DNA of 64,000 nucleotides. Origin: Vicinamibacterales bacterium. Lineage in GTDB: Bacteria; Acidobacteriota; Vicinamibacteria; Vicinamibacterales; UBA2999. The DNA lies in contig JBFWXO010000027.1 of the NCBI GenBank assembly GCA_050187355.1, positions 296 through 64,295 on the forward strand. The letters are read 5' to 3'. Positions 41,023 through 50,415 of this stretch are shown in pieces; position 1 is the first letter of the stretch, and the number at the start of each line of letters is the position of its first letter. The notes below the pieces were generated by a model, which was not told where the DNA came from, searched no databases, and was given only the letters and a program-made list of their open reading frames with translations. The position numbers were made by a program, and so were the translations under genes.

Positions 41023-43161
41023 CTAGTCCTGGCGCCGACCTCCCGACACCCGGATCCCATCGACCCTGAGCCCCAGAACGCGGGTGTCGTGGTCGCCGTC
41101 GTCTGACGGCCGCCGGGTCCGGGACACCGTCAGCACGATCTCGTTCACGCCGTCGGTCCAGATCGCGGCTGGTACCGCCCACGCCAGCGTGCCGGCGCCC
41201 GCCAAGGCGGCCTCGGCGGCCGGCCTCCCGTTCACGATCGCCGTCACCTGCACGGGCGCGTCGGCACGCGCGGCGGCCGGCCGGGCGTCGATCTCGATGC
41301 GCACGTCATGCGGGCCCGACGCCGGCACGAGCAGCACGGCGCGTGCCGACGTCCACCGGAAGGCGTCCCGGCCGCGCCCCTCGGCGCCGTGCCAGCCGCC
41401 CGCGAAATACGCGGGGTCATCGAGCGCCAGGCGCCCGTCGCCCGCCGGTCCGGCCGGGTCCTCGCGCGACAGCGGCGCGGCGCAGACCGTCGCGGTGGCC
41501 GCCACGTCCCCGGCGGACACGAAGCGGACGGCGGCCGGAAGGCGCCCGCCGAGCGCCACGACGGCGGAAGTCTCCACCTCAGGGCTGGCATCGAGCGAGG
41601 CGAGCACGGGGACCGCCGTCGGCGAAGCCGCGGCCGCGATGGACGCGCCCATCACGCCCGCGGGCACCGGCGCGACCTGGCCGCGCGCGCGGCCGTCGGG
41701 CAGCGTGATCGCGACGGCGGAGGGTTCCGCGCCCGCCACCAGCACCTCGAGATGACCGTTCGCCGCTGGCAGGTGCACGCCGAGCCGACCGGTCGATTCG
41801 AGCGCCGTCAACGCGTGCCACGTGCCGGCCACCCGCGCGCACGTGAGGCGGCCGATCCGGAGGGCCAGGGGCCAGGGCCCTGGCGACTCGACCACGGCCC
41901 GTTGGACGAACCGCATGCCCCAGAGCTCGAGGCCGGTGCGCCCCTGCGGGCCGGCGAGCACCGGGTGTCCCGCCGCCGCGAGGGCGTCGACCGCCCCGGG
42001 ATCGGGCCGGACCCGCGAGCCGGCCGCGCGGCCGGTCACCGCGACGAGCGCCGAGTCGACGCGGACGTCCTCCGCGACGAACGCGGCATCCGGCGCATCG
42101 CGCCGGGCCGCCTGCACGACCTCGGCGAACGCGGCCGCGAAGCGCGTCTCTTCGGCCGTCTCTATGTGGCGGACGCTCGCGGACACGCCGCCGCCGATCA
42201 GCACGGCGCCGAGCACGGCGGGGACCGCGACCCGTCCGGCGCGCGCGGCCCGGTTCGCGAGCCACGTCAGGCCGAGGGCCGCGAGCGGCCACGCCATGAG
42301 GTACGCGGCCTGCGCCAGTTCCGGCCACCAGGCCGGCGGGAAGGCCGCGGCGAGCCCCACCGCGAGGGCGGCCACGACGGGTCCGCGCCATGTGCGGCCG
42401 CCGTGTGCCCACCACGCCACGAGGCCCAGGGCCATGAGGGCCAATGGCAGGCGGCTGGCCGTGATCGGGGGCCACGCGTACGGGCTTGCGCCGCGCGGGC
42501 GGCGGGTGAAGACCACGCGCCACACGTCGCCCAGCGGCACGGGCGCGGCCGACGCCGCCGAGGCCGCGTCGGCCCACAGCCACGCCCCGGCGACCGCGCC
42601 CGCGAGCATCGCCACGACCACGGCCGCGGCCGCGCCCCGGTGCTTCGACGGCCACGCGCGGGCGGCCACCAGCGGGACGATGACCGCCATCGGCGGCCAC
42701 GCCGCCACGGCGCCGAAGAGCGCGAGAAGACGGACGACCGCCGCGCGCGTGGCGGCGAGGCCAGCGGGCAGCGCGAGGGCCGCCCAGCCGCCGGCGACCG
42801 CCAGGGTCACAGGCGACACCGCCGCGACGAGCGCGCGTGGGCCCGGCCGGCTGACCAGCGCCGCCAGCGTCACAACCGTCGCGGCGCGCGAGGCGCCGAG
42901 TGCGCGGCAGGCGGCCCAGAAGGCCAGGGCCATGGCTGCAGCGGATCCCGCGGACGCCGGCGTGGAGGGCAGCCCGCGCCACGGCGCGTGCACCACCGGC
43001 TCGACAGTCACCAGCGCGGCGCTGGTGGCTGCATCGTAGCCAGCCTGATTGCCGTACGGCAGGAACGGAGGCGCCGGCGGATGCGGCCCGCCCGCAACCG
43101 CTGTCGCGACCGCGACCGCCGCCAGCACGGCAAGCGCCCCGTCGGTCGTCCGGCGGCCCAT
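41023..43161 (-). CDS. Large polytopic membrane protein with a C-terminal extracytoplasmic beta-rich domain (possible GT-C-type glycosyltransferase)
   Basis: 712 aa. The N-terminal ~330 aa form many Ala/Leu/Trp-rich TM helices. The C-terminal region contains YFAGGWHGAEGRGRDAFRWTSARAVLLVP...VRIEIDARP, which I have seen at the ends of uncharacterised GT-C-like proteins. The function call is weak. Confidence 0.45.
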   Translation of the reverse strand: MGRRTTDGALAVLAAVAVATAVAGGPHPPAPPFLPYGNQAGYDAATSAALVTVEPVVHAPWRGLPSTPASAGSAAAMALAFWAACRALGASRAATVVTLAALVSRPGPRALVAAVSPVTLAVAGGWAALALPAGLAATRAAVVRLLALFGAVAAWPPMAVIVPLVAARAWPSKHRGAAAAVVVAMLAGAVAGAWLWADAASAASAAPVPLGDVWRVVFTRRPRGASPYAWPPITASRLPLALMALGLVAWWAHGGRTWRGPVVAALAVGLAAAFPPAWWPELAQAAYLMAWPLAALGLTWLANRAARAGRVAVPAVLGAVLIGGGVSASVRHIETAEETRFAAAFAEVVQAARRDAPDAAFVAEDVRVDSALVAVTGRAAGSRVRPDPGAVDALAAAGHPVLAGPQGRTGLELWGMRFVQRAVVESPGPWPLALRIGRLTCARVAGTWHALTALESTGRLGVHLPAANGHLEVLVAGAEPSAVAITLPDGRARGQVAPVPAGVMGASIAAAASPTAVPVLASLDASPEVETSAVVALGGRLPAAVRFVSAGDVAATATVCAAPLSREDPAGPAGDGRLALDDPAYFAGGWHGAEGRGRDAFRWTSARAVLLVPASGPHDVRIEIDARPAAARADAPVQVTAIVNGRPAAEAALAGAGTLAWAVPAAIWTDGVNEIVLTVSRTRRPSDDGDHDTRVLGLRVDGIRVSGGRRQD

Positions 43162-43225
43162 GGCGCGGGTATTCTATCCGCGCCCCTGCACGATCGCCGC
43201 CGCGGCGACGCTGACGACGGAGAAC

Positions 43226-44743
43226 ATGGCCCATCGACGTGAGCTGGCGTGGTGTCTGGTGGCGGCGGCGGTCCTCGTCGCGGCCCGGGGCGCGTTGTTC
43301 ATGGCGCCCGGCGTCCGCTTCGACGCGGACCAGGCGATCGTCGGGCTGATGGCCAAGCACATCAGCGAAGGACGCGCGTTTCCGCTCTTCTTCTACGGAC
43401 AGAGCTACCTGCCGGCGCTCGAGGCCTACCTCGCCGTGCCCGTGATGTGGCTGCTGGGACCGACCGAGGCCGCGCTCAAGATCCCCGTGGTCGCCATGAA
43501 CGTCCTGGCCGTGCTGCTGCTCGTCTGGAGCGCGCACCGCGATCTCGGCCTGCGCCCGGTGGTCGCGCTGGCCGGCGCGCTGCCGCTCATCGTGCCGCCA
43601 ATGGTGCCGGGCACCCGCGTCCTGGAGGCGATGGGCGGCAACGTCGAGCCCCTCCTGGCCACGCTGCTCCTGTGGGTCACGCGCGAACGGCGATGGCTCT
43701 TTGGCATCGTGCTCGCGGTGACGATCGCGCAGCGGCAGCTCACGGCCTACCCGGTGGCTGCCCTCTTCGCCGTGGGCATCCTCCACGGCGGGTGGCGGCT
43801 GCCGGCGGTGCGCGAGCGCTGGGCCATCGCCGGCGTCCTGGCCGTGGCGGTGTCGGCGAGCCTCGACGCGATCAGGCCCTTCGCGGCGATGTTCGGGCCC
43901 GGCACGATGGCCCGCCCGGCCGCGCTGGACATCTCGGGCGGCGATGCGGTCGCGGCCCAGTTCTGCCTCGACCCGACGCGCTGGGCGAGCCGCGCGGACC
44001 TGCTGTTGTCCGAGCACGTGCCGCTCATGATGGGCGGCCTCTCCGCCCCGGCGGTCGAGGCCGGCATCAGCAGCGGCATCTGGCACGGGAATCCCGCCAT
44101 CGGCCCGTGGGTCCTGGTGCTGTCGCTGGCGTCGCTCGCCGCCGCGTGGGCGGGACGCCGCCGGCCCGCGGAAGGCGCAGACGCCGGCGGCACGATTCCG
44201 GGCACCGCGCTCCCGTGGTTCCTCGTGCTGACCGGCCTCGTCTCCCTCCTGACCTACTGGCTCGTCGCCTGCTCCCAGATCAGCTACAACTCGCTGCGCT
44301 ACGACCTCCTGGTCCTGCTCGTGCCAACGGGCGTGATCCTGGCGGGCCTCAGCAGGTCGCGGCGGGAGGTGCGGGCCGGCCTTGCCGCGGCCGTCTGCGT
44401 CTGGTGCTGGGCCAGCGCCCTCGACTACCGCGCCCTCGCCCGCGAGGTCTCGAGCGGACGATGGCCGGACCACCGGGGCACGCTGGTGCGGCTCCTGGAG
44501 GAGCGCGGCATCCGCGAGCTGTGGGGCGAGTTCCGTCTCGCGTATCTCGTGAGCTTCCGCTCGGCGGAGCACGTGGTCGTCGCGTCCACCTCGATTCACC
44601 GGATCGACGAGTACGCGGCACGCGCACGCGCGGCCCACGCGCAGATGCTCCGGACCGTCACGTGCCCGGCCGGTGAACAGCTCGTGCCGGGCATCTGGCT
44701 GTGTCCGCCGCCCGCGCCGGAAGAGCTCCCCCCGGTATACTGA
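43226..44743 (+). CDS. Polytopic membrane protein, ArnT/PMT (GT-C)-like glycosyltransferase candidate
   Basis: Start ATG 43226 (MAHRRELAW) is preceded by GGAG. The first loop has an acidic motif (RFDADQAIVGLMAKHI). About 11 TM helices follow, then a soluble C-terminal region. Confidence 0.5.
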   Translation: MAHRRELAWCLVAAAVLVAARGALFMAPGVRFDADQAIVGLMAKHISEGRAFPLFFYGQSYLPALEAYLAVPVMWLLGPTEAALKIPVVAMNVLAVLLLVWSAHRDLGLRPVVALAGALPLIVPPMVPGTRVLEAMGGNVEPLLATLLLWVTRERRWLFGIVLAVTIAQRQLTAYPVAALFAVGILHGGWRLPAVRERWAIAGVLAVAVSASLDAIRPFAAMFGPGTMARPAALDISGGDAVAAQFCLDPTRWASRADLLLSEHVPLMMGGLSAPAVEAGISSGIWHGNPAIGPWVLVLSLASLAAAWAGRRRPAEGADAGGTIPGTALPWFLVLTGLVSLLTYWLVACSQISYNSLRYDLLVLLVPTGVILAGLSRSRREVRAGLAAAVCVWCWASALDYRALAREVSSGRWPDHRGTLVRLLEERGIRELWGEFRLAYLVSFRSAEHVVVASTSIHRIDEYAARARAAHAQMLRTVTCPAGEQLVPGIWLCPPPAPEELPPVY

Positions 44744-44768
44744 GGCGCGCGCCTGTTGCGAGATTCCG

Positions 44769-45206
44769 ATGGTCCGACGATTCCTGCTGGTCCTGCCCGT
44801 CCTCTGTGTCACCGCCGCGTGCGGCGGCGACAACGGCACCTCGCCGTCCACCGTCACGCCGGCCAACGTGCCGTTCACGTCCACCGACCTGCGCGTCGGG
44901 ACGGGCGCGGTGGCCCAGAACGGCCAGCGGGTCACCGTGAACTACACCGGCTGGCTCTATTCGGCGACGGCCACGGACAACAAGGGGGCGCAGTTCGACA
45001 CCAGCATCGGCCGCACGCCCTTCGTGTTCCTGCTGGGCGGCAGCCAGGTCATCGCCGGCTGGGATCGCGGCGTGGCCGGCATGCGGGTGGGGGGACAGCG
45101 GCGGCTCGTCATCCCGCCGGAGCTGGCGTACGGTCAGTCGGGCAACGGCTCCATTCCCGGCAACGCCACGCTCGTCTTCGACATCGACCTGCTGCTCGTG
45201 CAGTAG
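44769..45206 (+). CDS. FKBP-type peptidyl-prolyl cis-trans isomerase, lipoprotein
   Basis: In-frame ATG at 44769. The lipobox is VTAAC. VTVNYTGWL...FDTS...PFVFLLGGSQVIAGWDRGVAGMRVGGQRRLVIPPELAYG is the FKBP core. Confidence 0.9.
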   Translation: MVRRFLLVLPVLCVTAACGGDNGTSPSTVTPANVPFTSTDLRVGTGAVAQNGQRVTVNYTGWLYSATATDNKGAQFDTSIGRTPFVFLLGGSQVIAGWDRGVAGMRVGGQRRLVIPPELAYGQSGNGSIPGNATLVFDIDLLLVQ

Positions 45207-45222
45207 CGGCCCGCGCAGGCGG

Positions 45223-45960
45223 CTACGACGGCCCCCGCGGAATCGGCGGGTGCTCGACGACGCCGCGGCGGCCCACGCCCGCGAGCTCGAACGCATCGCC
45301 CTTCACGTCCCGTCGGTACATGACCCACGTCTGGTCGCCGCCGCGGCCGGCGACGGCGACGCCGAGCGGATGCCGGCGGGGCACGGCCACGAGCGCGTCG
45401 TAGCTGGAGAACGTGGTCGTCCGGGCGCCGAGCACCACGGGCTCGGCGCCGTCGACCGCCAGCACCCAGCCCCCGACGACCGCGCCCCGGAAGGACGGTT
45501 CGGGGGTCCGCACCACCAGATCGACGAACACCGGGTATCCGCCGGCGCCGGCCGGGACGTACATCGACACCTCGGTCAGCCGCCGGTCGCCCAGGTCCGC
45601 TGCCCGTACCGCGAGCGCTTCGATCGCGCGACGCGCCCACGCCCACGGCTCCCCGCTCACGGCGAACACCCTGAGCGTCGTGACCGGCACGCCGTCGGTC
45701 GTCTCGAGCCCGACGATGGCCGGCGGTGCCTGTGCCGGCGGACCGACGAGCGCGAGCGGGGTCGCCGCCAGCCAGCGGCGGCCGTCGAAGGTGGCGATCG
45801 GATGGCGGCGGCCGGACACGTCGAGGGCACGCAGATCGAAGGCCTCGGCGTAGGAGACGATCACAGCGGGGTCCCGGCCGAGATCGAGGCTGTGGACGCC
45901 CATCCAGCCGGCGAGCATCACCAGCCAGACCACGGGACCGCGGCGCCGCCGCGCTGCCAT
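45223..45960 (-). CDS. Hypothetical protein with an N-terminal TM anchor
   Basis: 245 aa with a diverse, protein-like composition, unlike the overlapping Arg/Pro/Gly shadow ORFs. I recognise no family. Confidence 0.5.
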   Translation of the reverse strand: MAARRRRGPVVWLVMLAGWMGVHSLDLGRDPAVIVSYAEAFDLRALDVSGRRHPIATFDGRRWLAATPLALVGPPAQAPPAIVGLETTDGVPVTTLRVFAVSGEPWAWARRAIEALAVRAADLGDRRLTEVSMYVPAGAGGYPVFVDLVVRTPEPSFRGAVVGGWVLAVDGAEPVVLGARTTTFSSYDALVAVPRRHPLGVAVAGRGGDQTWVMYRRDVKGDAFELAGVGRRGVVEHPPIPRGPS

Positions 45961-46007
45961 GACGCCAGTCTACGCCGGTGCCGGTCCCGCGACCAGCGCG
46001 GAGCGGT

Positions 46008-47285
46008 TCACCCCGGAAAGCGGCCGAGGGCGACCAGGAGGGTGAGCTGCGCCGCCCGGACGCGGTCCTCGGCGTCGGCCACGGCGGATTCGGCGTCGCG
46101 CGAGCCGCGCTGCGCGTCCACGAGCTCGAGATTCGTGGTGGCGCCGGCCCGGAAGGCCACGTCGGTGATGCGCAGCACCTCGGCGGCATGGCCCGCCGCT
46201 TCGCGCGCCCGTTCGAGCGCGCGGGTCTCGCCCTCGATCGCCGCCCGCGCGGTGCGCACCTCCGACCGGGCGCGGAGCTCCGCGTCCCGGCGATCGACGC
46301 GCAGCAGGTCGAGGTCGGCCTGGCGCCGCGCCTTGACCGCCCGCCGCTGTCCGCTGTCGAAGAGCGGCACCGTGGTGGTCACGACGGCCCGCCACGTGCC
46401 GGAGGGCTGAAAGAGTCCGGACGGCGTGACGTACTGCGGCTCGAATGCGCCGCGGACCGAGGGGACCCAGTCCCGCCAGCTGTCGGCCACGACGCGACCG
46501 GCCGCGTCGACCCGCGCGTCGAAGAGCCGGATGTCCGTGCGGTCCGTGAGCCACGACTCCCCGTCGCCGGCGGGGGTCTCGAACGCGGGCGGCGCGCCGG
46601 CGTCCATGGCGCGGTCGGAGGCCAGGAGCAGGCCCAGCGCCTCCTGCGCGAGGCGCACGGCCAGCGCGCCGCGCTCCACCAGTCCCTCGTCCACCGCCAG
46701 TTCCTGGGCGGCGCGCAGCTCGTTCAACCGGCTGCTGACGCCGGCCTCGCGGCGCGCGGTGGCGAAGTCGAGCTGTGCGCGCGCCGTGTCGCGCGCGCGG
46801 ACGCTCACTTCGAGCTGGCGCTTGCGGGCGATGACGGCGAGGTAGGCCTCGCCGGCCGCGACGGCGACCTGGCGCCGGACGTCCTGGACGGCCACGTTCG
46901 CGACGGCGACCTGGTCGGCCGCGTGCACGCGCTCGGCCCACTGCGCCGAGGCGAGGAGCGGCACCTCGGCCGACCCGGCCAGCACCCACTGCGTGCGCGG
47001 CTGGACGACGTTGCCGCTGAAGCCGCGCGCGGCGTCGAGCATGGTCGTGACCACCGAGGCGCCGGCCGTGGGCCGGACGGCGGCGCGGGCCTGCGCCAGC
47101 AGGGCTTCCGCCCCGAGCACCGCGGTCGCCGCGCGGTCGACCGAGGGGTTCGCGGCGATCGCGCGCGCGACGGCCTCGTCGAATGTGACGACCTCGAGTG
47201 GCGGCGTCTGGCCAGACGCCGCCCCGGCGCCGGCGGCCATCGCGACCAGCACCAGCAGACAGCGGGCCCGGCGTGGACTAGCCAT
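46008..47285 (-). CDS. TolC-family outer membrane efflux protein
   Basis: It has a signal peptide. Two repeated halves show the typical alpha-helical coiled repeats (LTFDEAV-type start, AQLDFATARREAG, QRGSRDAESAVADAEDRV). It overlaps the RND gene by 8 nt. Confidence 0.85.
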   Translation of the reverse strand: MASPRRARCLLVLVAMAAGAGAASGQTPPLEVVTFDEAVARAIAANPSVDRAATAVLGAEALLAQARAAVRPTAGASVVTTMLDAARGFSGNVVQPRTQWVLAGSAEVPLLASAQWAERVHAADQVAVANVAVQDVRRQVAVAAGEAYLAVIARKRQLEVSVRARDTARAQLDFATARREAGVSSRLNELRAAQELAVDEGLVERGALAVRLAQEALGLLLASDRAMDAGAPPAFETPAGDGESWLTDRTDIRLFDARVDAAGRVVADSWRDWVPSVRGAFEPQYVTPSGLFQPSGTWRAVVTTTVPLFDSGQRRAVKARRQADLDLLRVDRRDAELRARSEVRTARAAIEGETRALERAREAAGHAAEVLRITDVAFRAGATTNLELVDAQRGSRDAESAVADAEDRVRAAQLTLLVALGRFPG

Positions 47286-50200
47286 GCGCCACCTCCGTCG
47301 CCCCGCCGGCGTCGGCCGGCCGGCCCGGCACCGCCGTGCGGATGATCACGTAGAGCACGGGAATGAACACGATGGAGAGGAACGTCGAGGCGAGCATGCC
47401 TCCCGCGACGGTCGTGCCCACCGAGTTCCTGGCGCCCGCGCCGGCGCCGGTGGCGTAGGCCAGCGGCAGCACGCCCAGGATGAACGCCATCGACGTCATG
47501 AGGATCGGCCGCAGGCGGATGCGCGCGGCCTCGACCGCGGCCTCCGTCACCGACGCGCCCTGGCCGCGGAGCTGCTCGGCGAACTCGACGATCAGAATGG
47601 CGTTCTTCGCCGCCAGCCCCACGAGCAGCACGAGGCCGACCTGGCAGAAGACGTCGTTGGCGAGCCCGCGGGCCCACTGCGCGCCCAGCCCGCCGAGCAC
47701 GGCGAGCGGCACGCCCAGGAGGATGATGACCGGCAGGACCCAGCTCTCGTACTGCGCGGCGAGCACGAGGTACACGAGCAGGACGCTCAGCGCGAAGATG
47801 TAGGTCGCCTGCGATCCGGCCTTGATCTCCTCGAGGGACTGTCCCGCCCACGCGAAGTCGTAGCCCGGCGGCAGCGTGGTCCTGGCCAGCGCGCCCATCG
47901 CGTCCATCGCCTCGCCGGAGCTCCGCCCGGGCGCCGCCGCGCCCGTGATCTCGGCCGACCGGAACAGGTTGAAGTGGCTGATCACCTGGGGCGCCGTCGT
48001 CTCGCTGACCCGCACGACCGAGTCGAGCGACACCATCTGGCCGCTGGACGTTCGGGCGTACAACTGCTTCAGGTTGTCCGGCGACGCGCGGAACCGCTGA
48101 TCGGCCTGCGCGAACACACGGTACGCGCGGCTGTTGAAGTCGAAGTCGTTGACGTACTGCGACCCCAGAAAGATCTGCAGCGCGTCGGTGACTTCGCGCA
48201 GTGGCAGGCCGAGCGCCCGGGCCCGGTCGCGGTCGATGTCCACCCGCAGTTGCGGGTCGTCGGCTCGAAAGCTCGTGAAGAGGCCCGTGACCTGGCCCGA
48301 CTGGTTGCCCTGGGCGACCAGGGCCTGCGTCGCGCTGGCCAGTCCGGCGATGTCGCCGCCCGTCTGGTCCAGCACTTCGAACTGGAAGCCGCCGAACACC
48401 GACAGGCCCTGGATGGCCGGCGGGGCGAAGGGCACGACGATGGCGCCCGTGAGCCCGAACAGCGGCCCGCGCACGCGGTTCAGCACGGCCGCCAGCGACT
48501 GATCGGGGCGGCGGCGCTCCTCGTAGCTCTTGAGCGCCGTGAAGATGAGCCCGTTGTTCGGCGCGGCCCCGCTGAAGCTGAAGCCCATGACCGAGAAGGC
48601 CGCGGCGATGTCCGGATCCTTGTAGAGGATGGCCTCGGCCTGCTTCGCCACCGCGTCGGTGTACTCCAGTGACGCGCCGGGCGGCGCCTGGACGATGGTG
48701 ATGAAGTAGCCCTCGTCCTCGTCGGGCACGAAGGCCGTGGGGACCACGCGCGAGACGGCCCAGGTGGCCCAGAGGCCCACGACGAAGACGCCGAGCATCA
48801 CCCATTTCCAGCCGAGCGCCCAGCGGACCGTCGCCACGTAGGCCGCCGTGCCCGACTCGATCACGCGGTTGACGGCGGTGAAGAAGACGCCGTGGGAGTG
48901 GGACTCCTTGTCCAGCAGGAGCGCGGCCAGGGCCGGTGTGAGGGTCACGGCGTTGAACACCGAGAGGACGACGGCGAACGCGATGGTCAGCGAGAACTGC
49001 TGGTAGAGGCGGCCGGTGGTGCCGGGAAAGAACGCGACCGGCACGAACACGGCGACGAGCACGATGCCGATGACGACGACGGCGCTCAACACCTCCCGCA
49101 TCGCATCGACGGCGGCCGGGAACGCCTTCTTGCCGTACTCGCGCATGTGCCGCTCGATGTTCTCGACGACCACGATCGCGTCGTCGACGACGATGCCGAT
49201 CGCGAGCACGATGCCGAACAGCGTCAGCGTGTTGATCGAGAAGCCGAAGAGCTTGACGAACGCGAAGGTCCCGACGAGGGAGACGGGAATCGTGAGCGCG
49301 GGGATGATGGTGCTCCGCCAGTTCTGCAAGAACAGGAACATCACGAGCACCACCAGGCCGAGGGCTTCCGCCAGGGTCTTGAGCACCTCGACGATCGACT
49401 CGCGCACGACCACGACGTTGTCGAAGGCGAGCCGCCACTCGAGCCCGGGCGGGAAGTTGCGCTCGATGCGCCGCATCTCGGCCATCACGCCGTCGAAGAC
49501 GGCAATGGCGTTGGCCGTCGGCAGGAGGGCGATGCCCATGCCCGACGCCTCGAGCCCGAGGAAGCGGAGGTTCGACGTGTAGTTCTCGGCGCCGAGCTCG
49601 ACCCGCCCGATGTCCCCGACCCGCACGAGCGCCCCGTCCTTCCCCGTCGCCACGACCACGTCGGCGAACTCGGACGCCTCCGTGAGACGGCCCTGCGCCC
49701 GCACGCTCAGGTTGAACATCTGGTCGGCCGAGGCCGGCGCGTCGCCGAGCGCGCCCGCGGCCACCTGGACGTTCTGCTCGCGCAGCGCGCCCACGACGTC
49801 GCTCGCCGTGAGCCCGCGGGCGGCGAGCCGGCCGGGGTCCAGCCACAGACGCATCGCATAGCGGCGCTCGCCGAAGATGATCACGTCGCCCACCCCGGGC
49901 ACCCGCTTCACGGCGTCGCGGACGTACCGGTCGAGGTAGTTCGAGATGAACTGCGAGTCGTAGCGGTTGCCCTGGGAGAAGAAGCCGAGGCCGCCCATGA
50001 AACCCGCCGTGTTCTTGGTGACCGTGATGCCGTTGGTGCGCACGTCGGCCGGCATGCGCCCCAGCGCCTGGTTCACGCGGTTCTGGACGTCGATGGCCGC
50101 CAGGTCGGGATTGCGGCCGATGTCGAAGACGGCCGTGATGGTGCACACGCCGCTGTTGGTGCTGGACGACTGGAGGTACGCCAGGCCTTCGACGCCGTTG

Positions 50201-50409
50201 ATGGCCTGTTCGAGCGGCGTGGTCACGGCCGATTCGACGGCCTGCGCGTTGGCGCCGGTGTAGATGGCCAGCACCGTCACCGACGGCGGCGCCAGATCCG
50301 GATACCGCGCGATGGGCAGCGTGGGGATGGCGATCGCGCCGGCGATGACGACGACGAGCGCCAGCACGGACGAGAGAATGGGCCGGCCGATGAAAAGCTC
50401 GGTACGCAT
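47278..50409 (-). CDS. RND (HAE1/AcrB-type) efflux transporter permease
   Basis: 1043 aa. It starts FIGRPILSSVLALVVVIAG and has 12 TM helices with two large periplasmic loops. GIVVDDAIVVVENIERH is the RND signature. Confidence 0.95.
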   Translation of the reverse strand: MRTELFIGRPILSSVLALVVVIAGAIAIPTLPIARYPDLAPPSVTVLAIYTGANAQAVESAVTTPLEQAINGVEGLAYLQSSSTNSGVCTITAVFDIGRNPDLAAIDVQNRVNQALGRMPADVRTNGITVTKNTAGFMGGLGFFSQGNRYDSQFISNYLDRYVRDAVKRVPGVGDVIIFGERRYAMRLWLDPGRLAARGLTASDVVGALREQNVQVAAGALGDAPASADQMFNLSVRAQGRLTEASEFADVVVATGKDGALVRVGDIGRVELGAENYTSNLRFLGLEASGMGIALLPTANAIAVFDGVMAEMRRIERNFPPGLEWRLAFDNVVVVRESIVEVLKTLAEALGLVVLVMFLFLQNWRSTIIPALTIPVSLVGTFAFVKLFGFSINTLTLFGIVLAIGIVVDDAIVVVENIERHMREYGKKAFPAAVDAMREVLSAVVVIGIVLVAVFVPVAFFPGTTGRLYQQFSLTIAFAVVLSVFNAVTLTPALAALLLDKESHSHGVFFTAVNRVIESGTAAYVATVRWALGWKWVMLGVFVVGLWATWAVSRVVPTAFVPDEDEGYFITIVQAPPGASLEYTDAVAKQAEAILYKDPDIAAAFSVMGFSFSGAAPNNGLIFTALKSYEERRRPDQSLAAVLNRVRGPLFGLTGAIVVPFAPPAIQGLSVFGGFQFEVLDQTGGDIAGLASATQALVAQGNQSGQVTGLFTSFRADDPQLRVDIDRDRARALGLPLREVTDALQIFLGSQYVNDFDFNSRAYRVFAQADQRFRASPDNLKQLYARTSSGQMVSLDSVVRVSETTAPQVISHFNLFRSAEITGAAAPGRSSGEAMDAMGALARTTLPPGYDFAWAGQSLEEIKAGSQATYIFALSVLLVYLVLAAQYESWVLPVIILLGVPLAVLGGLGAQWARGLANDVFCQVGLVLLVGLAAKNAILIVEFAEQLRGQGASVTEAAVEAARIRLRPILMTSMAFILGVLPLAYATGAGAGARNSVGTTVAGGMLASTFLSIVFIPVLYVIIRTAVPGRPADAGGATEVAHG

Positions 50410-50415
50410 GAGACC

